Source of the DNA: Camelus ferus
Lineage: Eukaryota
DNA: 64,000 bases
NCBI RefSeq assembly: GCF_009834535.1
Contig: NC_045697.1
Span: forward strand, 83,020,001-83,084,000
Reading direction: 5' to 3'
This document shows, piece after piece, positions 53,251 through 64,000 of this stretch. The notes beneath the pieces are model-generated. The model saw only the letters and a list, made by a program, of their open reading frames with translations, was not told where the DNA came from and ran no database searches. Position 1 is the first letter of the stretch. Each line of letters begins with the position of its first letter. A program made the translations under genes and the position numbers.

Positions 53251-54277
53251 TTCTGAAGAGGCTATAAAAACCTATTTGTTTTAGCATAGGGCTCATTATT
53301 TATTAGGGTTGAATGGATGAAAATATTTCCCGTAAAGACTTGGAATCAGGCACTCCAGACTCTAAATTATTTTTCAAAGACTCAAAATCCAGATTTGTAA
53401 ATAGACATCAAATAATCTGCATAATAAGATTGTAAGTCTCAATATGCCTGCTGGATGACATTTTATTTACTTTAATTAGCCAGTGCATATGCCTTTATTT
53501 TTTTTTCTCTCCAAAGAGAAGAAGTGCACAAAGAAGGAATTAGCTTACAAAAAGTACAGGATATGACACTTTTTATTTTTAAGACAAAATATGTGTTTAT
53601 AATTTTTAGATAAGTGGTGTATCTATGATAGTTCAGCTCCTCTGTATGAAATAAAAGAATCAGCCGTTCCACAAAGCATGGTCTCTACCTCTTGTGAACT
53701 TGATCTTGGAGCTAAATGTAAGGACTGAAAATAATAAAATAGAACCTAGTTAAGGTTTGCACATCTTTGTTTCTCACCAGTAGTAGCTTAATAAGTATTT
53801 CTTATATTTCAATTAGAACTTTCACCAGGTGACTGGTTTCTGGACCACTTGAAACAATTTTCTCTTTTCCACTGATGCTAAATATCCAAGCTAAAATCCA
53901 CCCTCTACTCAAATATGGTGTAAATGATGAAAATGCAAGCAGTTGAAGTTACTGTCAATTCAACTGTCATTATACGAGGCTGAATTGCATAGATTTATTA
54001 TCATTTCTAGACTATGTCATTATTTTAATGTAATTTCTGCAGTTTTATGGTTTACTGATATGTGTAATTGCACAGAAGTTGGCCAGTAGTATACATTAAA
54101 CAGCTGTGTTTTTTGGTTGAGCTCACCATGTTAATAAAACTATGAGCTTCTAAAACATCCTGTCAGATGGTAGTAATTTAAACTGTTTTTCAGTTGACGT
54201 GATTATTTGAAAATTTACTACTTTGAACTTTAAAAAGGAATATGTAACAAGGCTCTACTGAAGCTTAAAAGAAAGTA

Positions 54278-54610
54278 AGCGATGCCTGCTCACAGAGTGC
54301 TCCTGACGCGCCTCCCTGAGAGCAGCTCGCTTAGGAAGTAGAGGAAGACTTCACCAGCCGCTAAGGGCGAGACAGCAGCGCGGCGGCCCATCAAGCTCCG
54401 AGTCCTACCACCGTGCCTCTGAAAACCACGATGGTGGTTGTGGAATATCAGAAAAGTAGAAGTTGGCAGACAGAGATAATACATCTAGTCATCGTTGCAG
54501 ATCCTAAACTGCTGATGTTGTCAAGGTGTGACGTGTCCTGCGCTGAGAAAATTACCCATAAAGGTATACTGAACCAACTGTTCAAGCTTTCCATTGCACA
54601 AACCAATCCC
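54278..54610. promoter_or_regulatory. Small CpG-rich promoter/enhancer-like patch
   Basis: 15 CpGs in ~265 bp (54278-54545). TGACG half-CRE sites at 54304 and 54529, AGGAAGT at 54333, CCAAT at 54603. Confidence 0.35.
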
Positions 54611-54871
54611 CAAATCTCTAATTAAACTCCTAAATATACACAATCCCTCCAGCTCTAACATACATAATACAAACAAAGCAAAATAAGTATCAATGTAAAG
54701 TACTAAGTATACACCATTTACCATTTGAAAAAAAATCAGTCAACTCCTGATTTAAATGACCATGAAAATGATTGACTAAGCTCAATAATTTTAAATGCCC
54801 TCGAATTAAGTTTATACTTCAAATAGAATAAGGATCATCTCTCCCTTTCTCTCTCTCCCCTCCCTCTCCTT

Positions 54872-54874
<3 letters not shown>

Positions 54875-54906
<32 letters not shown>

Positions 54907-54952
54907 CATTTGATGCTAGTCAGAAAGAGTTGTACTTTAGTTTTCTGTTTTT

Positions 54953-54986
<34 letters not shown>
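54875..54986. repeat. Microsatellites: (AC)~15 and compound (TA)10(GA)7
   Basis: Read directly: 54875-54905 and 54953-54986. Confidence 0.95.
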
Positions 54987-56364
54987 TACAGATATATTCT
55001 GTGTGCCAAAAATAACCATCTAAATTAAAACAAACAAATAAAGTCAAAAGAGAAATGACCATACGGAAAAAACATCTATTTGCAACACATATCACAGTAT
55101 GGCTTAATTTTCTTAAAACATAAAGACTCCTAAAATGAGTAAGAAAAACATCAAAATCCCAAGAAAAAAAAAAATGGGCAGAGGAGAAGAAGAGACAGAA
55201 TACCAGAAAAGGAAAAAACCAAACAATAAGTTCTAAATATATGAAAAGTACCGAGAATAGGAAGCATTCTTTCCTCTGCTCCCCGACCCCACCCCCACCC
55301 CTACTAAGTCTCTCCTTAGTAGGTGGTCCCTTAAATTCTTCCAGTTTCCCTGTGTTCGTATATTATCTTCCCCTTCAGTATGAGGCTTTCATAGAATCTG
55401 TTCTTATCAAGCACATACACACCATTTAATCAATCAATTCATTCTGCCCAATAGTTTCCTTGAATTCCAAACATCTTTCCCAAGGCACACAGCATTTCTC
55501 AGATGGTGCTCCATGCTAACCTTGCAGGCTTTAATATACTATAATACTAAAGGGCCAGAGCTACACTGTTGGAGAGTAACACTTTTTCACCCTCCTGAAA
55601 ATGTTCCACTCTGGATCTTGCTGTGTCCTAACATACTCTTCCACTTAGACTGGAAATTAGAGAGAAGAGACTTCCAGAATCGGAAACCTAGGGATAATGA
55701 ACTTAATTCAACCTGGGCTTCAGCATAGGAGAGCAGACTCCCTGCAGTCATGTTCATACATACGCCTGTATCAACATTTCCAATTGGGCTTTGCTAGAGC
55801 CCTTGGTCGTGCTTGGTTTTATCTGGTTTCTTGGGAAAATCCGACTGTATTCCCACAAAGAACCAAATACACAAATTCCTCCCAAAAGCAGAGATATTGT
55901 TTTGAAATCAAAAGTATCTGTCTCATAATCTGCTATGATTGCTCCGTAGTCCTAAATTCTCACCCTTGCTTGTTTCTCATATATGTTTCAATGAAAATTT
56001 CAACAAGAGTTGTCCCACCTGTGCAATTTTAATACTATCTCATAGCCAATACATTTCTCGTGGATAGAAAAATGTCCATGTACTTTCAACATCTTCAATT
56101 TTTGAAAACATTTTTTTTCAGTTTGTCAAAACAGACTATTAGTGTTAACCAAGTGAAATTTAAATTAATTCAGACAGCTTAACACAGGAATATATTCATA
56201 TGCAAAGCACACAAGAGTCAAATAGAGAAGTTAATACAAGGAGTTTTAGAGAAAGGAAATCACATCAAGTGCAACTTAACCTAATTGAGACTGATTTTAA
56301 ATCACTTTTATTTCAAAGGAAGATTTAATCTTCCAAGGGTAGCTTTTTTTTCCATATGAAAATC

Positions 56365-56388
56365 TTTTTTTTTTTTTTTTTTTTTTTT
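56365..56388. repeat. Poly(T)24 tract
   Basis: Read directly. Confidence 0.9.
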
Positions 56389-57189
56389 ACCCCCCTTCAT
56401 CTTATTTTAATCCACTAGGTGGATGAATTTCTGTCTGGCAAGAATTCATTATCTTTTGCTTTGATTAAGAATCATTACAATTTGTAGTATTTTTTTTATC
56501 TCCTTTGCGAGGACTTCAACATCTGTTGGTTTAATAAATATGCTAATGTCTGTTACAGGAGTAAAACTCTAAGTAAGGAGATTAGAGCAGGTTCCATCGT
56601 GGAGAAGGTATGTTATTTTACTTCTTCTTCCATCACATATTAGAACTTTCCAAAGGGAGAGGGTTCCTGGAATTTTTGAATAATCCTTACAGAGTCAATA
56701 GCAGACACTTTTTAAAATTACATTTAACAATATTTAATAATTTTTATTGAGCGACTAGTATGTGGTGAAGGCTAAGTACCCCACTGAGTGTATGTCAAAA
56801 CGTCCTCCTGATGCTAATACCAAAAAAATTAAATAATTACAACGAAGGACTGACTATTCTGACAGTAGTATGGAGCAGCTTGAAGGGGATTTGAAATATG
56901 TATTTGAATAATTAGTGAATGAACTTTGAGAAACTGATGTCTAAGGGAATTCCTTAGATGAATATGATTTATCCAGGTAATGTATGTGAGCATTGGGCCC
57001 AAAGAATTATGAAATAATTATATCACAGTTCTCTCTATAACATTAATAATCCATTTTTATTAATCATCTTTGTTCAGTTCCTGTGATTTTCTTATGCATA
57101 TATTCTATCTACTGGTCTTTTTTCTTTTACTTCTGCCTATTCCACATTGATTTGCCCATACTGTTTATACACACATATATGAAAGGCTA

Positions 57190-57445
57190 TGCATATATTG
57201 GTTAAGAGTGAGAATCTGGACTTCTGAACCACTACCTGCATCTGAATCTCAGCTTTGCCATATGCAATCACCGTGACCTTGGGCAAATTCCTTAACTCAA
57301 TTCTTCAGTTTCTTCATCCATAAAACAGAATAAAGAATGATATCAATCACACAGGGGAGATGTGACAATAAAAGGAAATAATATATGCAGAACGCACAGA
57401 ACAAAATTGTACGTAGTAAACTCTTTACGTGTTGCTATTATATTA
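57190..57445 (+). mobile_element. MIR SINE
   Basis: tggttaagagtg..tgaatctcagctttgcca..gtgaccttgggcaaattccttaac..cagtttcttcatccataaaa. Confidence 0.85.
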
Positions 57446-57559
57446 TTAGATATTATAAATTAATTTTAGTAGTAATCTGCAACCAACAGCTGTCTAAAAG
57501 CTATTAAGCACCCTTTCTATATTCTTTCTGTATTTCAATAGCTCCCTAGATTGTGAATC

Positions 57560-57790
57560 TCACTTTCCCAAATAGAAACACTGCATTTCCAATCACCTTT
57601 TCCTCTAGCTTATAGATGTGTGACTTAGGTTCTGCTGATTTGATGCATCTGTGCAAGACTCTGATTCATAAATCACATCAGAAAACCAGCCAGGTATAGG
57701 GCATCCAACTTGCTGGAATACACAGGAGCAAAGACAGTGACTGTGAGGTGAGCAATCATGGAGACCCTTTATTCCTCCAGAGATATGCCT
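57560..57790. mobile_element. Ancient ERVL LTR (LTR16-like)
   Basis: atgtgtgacttaggttctgctgatttgatgca..caagactctgattc. Confidence 0.45.
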
Positions 57791-58219
57791 AAGGCATTCA
57801 GAATGGTCTAGCATTTGACTACTAATATAAGCTATCCTACAATATAGCCTCTAGCAATCCTAGGCTGTTCTGAATCCCTGGTAACAGAATTGTTTACCTT
57901 TATACCACAAGGTTTGGGAAAGGCATCGAAATCTGCATATGGCGATGCCTAGGCTGACTTCAAGGTGTTTACACTGTGAGACCTGAAGTTCTTATGTGGT
58001 TGTTTAAAACAAACAAACAAAAAAAACCATGCCACTGGGGCCCATTTTGCATGCCTGTGTGCTAAATGGGTCCAGGACAGGACCAAGTGTGCTTTCCTTA
58101 TTGAGATACAGAAAATTGTTGTGAAATTGATGACGGCCCAAGCACAGAGTCAGAAAGCTAAAATTAAAGATGAAGTTTTGTTGACTAACAAAACAATTTA
58201 AGAGTTAAAAATAATTTTA

Positions 58220-58560
58220 AAAAGAAAAAAGAGGACACTAATGAAGTCATCTACAAAACAGAAACTGACTTTCAGACATAGTAAACAATCTTCTGGTTAC
58301 CAGGGGAAAGGGGATAGGAAGGGATAAATGTGGGAGTTTGAAATTTGCAAAAGTTAATCACTATAAATAAAAATAGATAAAAAACAAATTTCTTCTATAT
58401 AGCATAGAGAACTATATTCAATACCTTGTAATAACCTTTAATGAAAAAGAATATGAAAATTTATATATGTATGTATATGCATGACTGGGACATTCTGCTG
58501 TACAACAGAAACCGACACATTGTAACTGACTATACTTCAATTCAAAAAAATAATAAAATA
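58220..58560 (+). mobile_element. 5'-truncated young camelid-type L1 3' end
   Basis: ggacactaatgaa..gggataaatgtgggagtttga..gcatgactgggaca..ttgtaactgactatacttcaa plus A tail; close paralogue of 24680-25002. Confidence 0.88.
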
Positions 58561-59382
58561 AGATAAAGGATTATGATGGCCCTTTTCTAATTGTGACTGA
58601 AGCAGTGAAGGCAGAATAGAGTACAGAGAATGACCAATATAGTAATGACTTCAGAGAAAGTTTCAGGCATCCAGCACTCCAAAAAAAAACAAAATGGGAA
58701 TTTGAAATTGGTCATCTCATCTGAGTGAGTTTGAAGTCAGTAAACAGAAAATTGATAAGCCTTAGAAGAGGGATGTTGGTATTCTACTGCACATAGTGAC
58801 AAAACTTTGACTTATTGTGGTCACTTGGAAAGAAGTGTGTATTAAAGTAATCTTTTGGGGATTCAGTGTTTACTATTTACACCATTTTAATGGGTACCAA
58901 AAATACCAGGCCTCTTATACGCATAGACTGCTTCTAGCAGTCCTAGAGAGTTTAAAAAATAATTTTTAACAGTTCATTCAAAGTTTTAAATTATTACTTT
59001 GACCATTATCCATTATCATACAAGTGAAAGATTCTTATGACATGCTTTTTTGGGGGACGTGGTGGGGGTGATTAGCAACAGGTCTGTTTAGCAACACAGA
59101 ACCTGGTGCTGTCATGACTGTTTTGGGAGAGGCAGGATCCACTGCTGCATTAGGCCTCCTTCCTTATGCATTCATTCATTCAACAGTTATCTCCAGCCAA
59201 CCACGGGCAAAGCACCAATACAGATGCTGCACTATAGAAACTAAAGAAATAGATAACTTCTCTGCCTGCAAGGGTCAGAAAATAGATAGGAGAGGATAGT
59301 TATTGCTAAGAACAATGAAGCTGGCTAAGGAAACGGGAATGATGGGGTAAAGCTTTACAGAAACTGATCAGGAAATGCCCCT

Positions 59383-59760
59383 GTGATAATCTGGATATTC
59401 CATGAAGCAGACACCAAGATAGGATTGGATGAGCGAGAGATTTATTAAGGGAAATACCTGTGACAGATTAAAAGACAGAGCCAGAGAAGGAAGAGAGAGC
59501 TTTCAAACCACCTACGAAAGAGAGGGCCAAGGAAGAATGTTTGGACACGTAGAATCTCAGGCTACAGCAGGATTTTTTAAAACATGACACAGAGGCAGAC
59601 AGAGTTCTCAACCTACGGTCAGCTGTTTAAGGAGGTTCTCATTCTGCAGAAATGGGCCAGCAGTAGTATGGTCAGCCACTTTCACTGGGAACAGCTCACG
59701 GGAATTGTAGCCTTGCCTCAAGATGGCAGTGAAACCATCTATGTTATGTTTCACTGCCAT
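59383..59760 (-). mobile_element. Ancient ERVL LTR (LTR40/41-like) embedded in L2 remnants
   Basis: gaagcagacaccaagataggatt..gagagatttattaagggaaatacctgtga..gagagctttcaaacc. L2-like flanks at ~59160-59380 and ~59840-60530. Confidence 0.55.
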
Positions 59761-62700
59761 CTTGAGGCAAGGCTATGATTCTGGTAGTTCTGTTTCCTAG
59801 CGCACAAAATCCGAACATTTTCACATCCACCACATTTCTCTAATAAGACAACGTTAGAGCAGAAAGCTGATGGAAGTTAAGCATCACATCATATAGATAA
59901 TAGGGGAAGAGTACTCTATGTAGAAGAAATAGCACATGCAAAGATGCTGAGGAGCAAATGCGCCTGGCAGGTTATATGTATCTATAGCCTAGCAAACAGA
60001 AGGTAGGGGGTAAAAGAGAAGCTTTTCCCATTGCCCAGTGAGTCCCTGGCTTGATTAAAGATTATTGAATGGCCTCTCCTTAGGAAGTGACAAAGACAAG
60101 GTACCCAGCACAAGTGAATCAGGTTTACTTGGGGGCAACCCCAGGAAGCTGGATGCCAGAGCTGGGAGACTGAGACAGAGGAGGAGGCAAAGCTTATATA
60201 AAGGCAGTTTACTGAGGTAGTGCGAATCCTGTCCATCAGGGACTCTGAAACATGGATAGAATGTTTCCCAAAATTGCCCATTTGAAGGACAGGAGGTAAA
60301 GGAATTTATGTGTAGTCTTCCATTATTTATTGGTTGAGTAAGGATGGATAGGAATAGTAGAAAATAAAGTAAGAGAGATTAAAAAGACTGGGAAGATTGC
60401 AAAGGGCCTCATAGGTCATCATAAGGGCTTTGAATTTTATTCTGAATGAAATGAAGCAAAATTGCAGGATTTCAAACAGAGGAAGGACTTAAAATTTAAA
60501 GGGTATCATCCTAGCTGTATGATCATTCTACTAGTTCAGTGAGATCAGTTTTCATCAACTACTCTATGTCCTTGCGAATTACTATCTTTCAATGTTTAAA
60601 AAAAAATGAATGTATGACTAAAGTTCCAAACCATATTCATTTTTCTAAATTAAAAGACTGAGTAAATAAAAGTGCTGTGGATATCATTTTGTAACATGTT
60701 AAAACTATAAAACGCCATTATGTATTATTGTCTGTAAAAGTTGAAATATGTTATGATAATAAAAATGATAATAAAAATGATAGAAGCCACTTTCCTGACA
60801 GTGATTACTTCTGGGTAGAGAAGGAAAAAGATTCTCACTTTAGGTTAGTTTGTAATGTTTTGTTTTATTTATTTATTTTTTTTTTAGCGAAAAAATGTTG
60901 GAGGAAAACATAACAAAATGTCAGTAATTTTAAACCCAGGATAATGCTAAATCAGTGAGCTTTTGCCATATTAGATACCCCTCCAAAATTTTTGGCTCAA
61001 AACACATCATTTATTTAAGTTCTTGATTTTGTAGATGAGCTTAACTGATTGGTTCCACTGCTGAGTCTCTCCTGGGCCCATTTGGATCTGCAGCCAGATC
61101 TTCATGGGTCTGGTCTCTAAAGGGAGGCCTTACGGAGGGCAGCTTTGTCTGCCGCGAAGCTACACCAGCCTTGTTCAAAAAAGGGCAGGTTGGCTAAAGA
61201 AAGCTCTTGGCCAACCCAGAGACAAGGGCAGAAAATCTAGCTTAGATGGGAAGGCAAGAGTTTACAGCAAATTTTATAGTCTAGCACAGGTTATATTATT
61301 TTTACATGCCAAAATATATAATTATAAATGTTTTAAAAGCACTCAGATAAATTTTAAATGACTAAGCATTGTAAAAAGTAATGTTTTTCCAATATCAATG
61401 CATATGTATTAATGTCAACCCTCATTTGAAGTAATCAGTTTATTTTATAAAGGTTATTGGCTTATATTTTAATTTCTGTATTTATTAATTCAACTATCAT
61501 TCATTCATTCATACAATTTACAGAGCCAATCTGATAAGCAGATTACTAAAGAATTAGCTCAGAGATTTGTACAACACAAGAAAACTATTACTATGCTTCT
61601 AATGGCCTAAGGAAACACAAGACAGGTTTGTTTTTTTCTAACGTTGTCCCGCTTTCCCCTTCAAAATACACACTGGTTGCCAGTGAATTCAAAGTTCTCT
61701 TCCTACAAGTAACTTCAAAAAACAAAGAAATTAAAATCTTATTTTTCTCTCAAAAGAAACTTTTTTGAAATGAAAGTAAATACTTTCAGTAATGTGAATG
61801 CCACAGTTGCTTATCTATGGTTATGTTTTCAGAAAAACAAAATTTACCACAAAAAAAGGGTGGAGTTTCTGTACCCAATGTCAAAGAAATATATAACCAC
61901 ATGTTTTCAATATTAAAAATTTTTTTTAATATTGTAGACTAATTCGTGTTTTATTATATAATCAATATTACAATATATCAATTATACTCTCTCAGTATAA
62001 CTGAAACACAAAACTGCAATCTTGCAGGGAAAATACTGTGGATTCTTTTGTCATTAAGAGATATCACCAAAATGAATGAACTCCAATTCTTTTCAGTCTT
62101 TTTTGTCACTTGGCTAAAGATTTGCATTCCCTTCCTTTAATTCTTGCTTCCTAGTTCTCTAAAACTGAAATTCTAACCACCATGTAAAATACATAATACA
62201 TACAAAATACAGTTGCTTAATAAAACAGTCAGACCAAAAACTAACTCTTTTCTCCACAAGTATCCACTGTCTTTTGGGAAACTTATCCCTTGCCTTTGGA
62301 GAAAATCACATGGGACCCTTAGGTTTCCCATCTTTTCCTAACTAAAGAGCAAGCATGTGGTCAAACTAGACCAATCATAACACTGCAATAAAGCTTTTTT
62401 TTGGTCTCTAAAAACAAACAAACAAACAAAAAAAACTGACAAAATTTTAATTAATAATAAAGTATAAAAAGTACAACCATGTATTTGTCAAAGCAAGCTT
62501 TCTAAAAACTGCACCTAAATATCTCTTAGGCATTACTACTAACCAGTCCTCTCTACACACTTCATATTTACTCTGATAATCTCAGAATTGCCATTGATAA
62601 CAGGATAATCTCGTTGTAAGAAAGTTATGGTTATACTTATTATTCTCCATCAACAATAAATAGGCTGGAAAGAGCAAAGTCAAAGAGGTGTAAAACATTT

Positions 62701-64000
62701 TGCTTTAAACACAAAGAAAATCAATACTAATCTGATCCAGTCAAGAAGTAAAAGCACATGTTATTCATCATTCAACCTTTTTTTTCAAATTTACCCTTGC
62801 CAGATACAAGGTTTTTAATATTGTCATACAATTTGATGATTATGTTCAATTAGAGGAAAGAAGAATACTACACTGGACAAGTTCATTCCCAAACTAAGCA
62901 TTTTTAAAGTTGACTACATTTTAAAGAAAATGAAATTTAATTTAAAAAAAAAGTTTTCCATAATATCCATCATAGGCACTGTCAGTAATAGTCCTCCTTC
63001 CAGCCTTTTATTTATGTATTCATTGATATAAATACTGACTGAACAACTATGATAGGCTACCATGACTATGGGTGCCAGGGTTACAGCTGGGAATTAAACA
63101 GACAATTCTATGTTTCTACAGAACTTGTATCTTGATTCTCTTTGGTCCTGACCACTTAAGTGACAAGGACCCCCATCCTTGAGGTCCTCTCTCTTTCTGT
63201 TAATAATATCATGCTAATTTTCTTAGCGTCTTATTCTTGAACTTTAAAAATTCTTGGAAGAGGTCAGTTTCACCACAAAGACTTAGATTTCAAATTGTTT
63301 GTACCTCACCGGTAAAACTTTTTTTTTTAACTTATTTTTAGTTGAATTTCATATTGCATACCAGTAAATAATTTTTGTAAACATTTCTAGGCTTCTCTAA
63401 TTCCCATCCTTACACAGCCACACCTACATCAACAGACAACATATCTTACTCAGAAGAGAGACAGGAAATTGGGAAGGCAGGTAAATTCCAGGAAACAGAA
63501 AGTTGAGATCTTTAAGGAAGAGTACGCAGGCTGCAAAGAGAAGCAAGAATAAAGCCCTGTTGAACACTGAGTGTCAGAGCCTAAAAGGATAAATCAGCAA
63601 GAAGAATTAAAAAGCACTGGAGGAAGGCTGATTGGAATCCAGGGTCTGAAAGGCCAAGGGAAGATGTTTCAAAAAGTAGGAAAAGCAGACAATGTCAAGA
63701 ATGTTGTAAAAATTTGTATCTGTGCTCATACTTTAATCCAGTTTACTCAGATTATTCTTTCTTCTTAATTGATCACTTTATTCTGTTTTTCAGTAAAATA
63801 TTTCTACAAAAGTAACTGAATAAAAGTGTAAACAACCTTGAGCTGGAACTAAGTCTATGGTTCCAGTTATTAGTCACTTGGTAAGGCTGCTGATCGTCTA
63901 TGAATATCTTTCCTGATTTTCAAAATAATATACATGATACCTATTCTACTGAAACATTTTTTGAAGATCAGATTGGTATGCATATGAATAACTCTGATAA

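Noticed and set aside
1..64000. CRISPR arrays, operons, retrons or other prokaryotic/phage systems
   Set aside because: The sequence is mammalian repeat-rich DNA with no regularly spaced repeat-spacer array or gene-dense coding structure.

Overview
AT-rich, CpG-poor mammalian genomic DNA, probably camelid (inferred from a tRNA-Ala-derived vic-1-type SINE and camelid-style L1 3' ends). I found no intact protein-coding gene, RNA gene or prokaryotic system. About 45% of the window (~28 kb) is decayed LINE-1 in nested piles at ~1.5-9.2 kb, ~15.9-21.9 kb and ~40.9-51.3 kb, almost all on the + strand. Other content: a full-length RPSA processed pseudogene (26115-27762) inserted in an old L1 and split by a MER41-like solo LTR; a MER34/39-like solo LTR inside an MLT1 LTR; an ERVL-class pol/RNase H fossil; and L2, MIR and MaLR relics. 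Unique stretches hold two homeodomain/TALE motif clusters and a small CpG-rich promoter-like patch. Most ORF-track entries are L1 ORF2 fragments or their antisense shadows. I see no convincing new biological system. The best leads are the strand bias (a possible hidden minus-strand host transcript), five 5'UTR-bearing L1 copies that all lack most or all of ORF1, and the regulatory candidates. Repeat subfamily names come from recalled consensus similarity, not a database search, and boundaries without TSDs are approximate.
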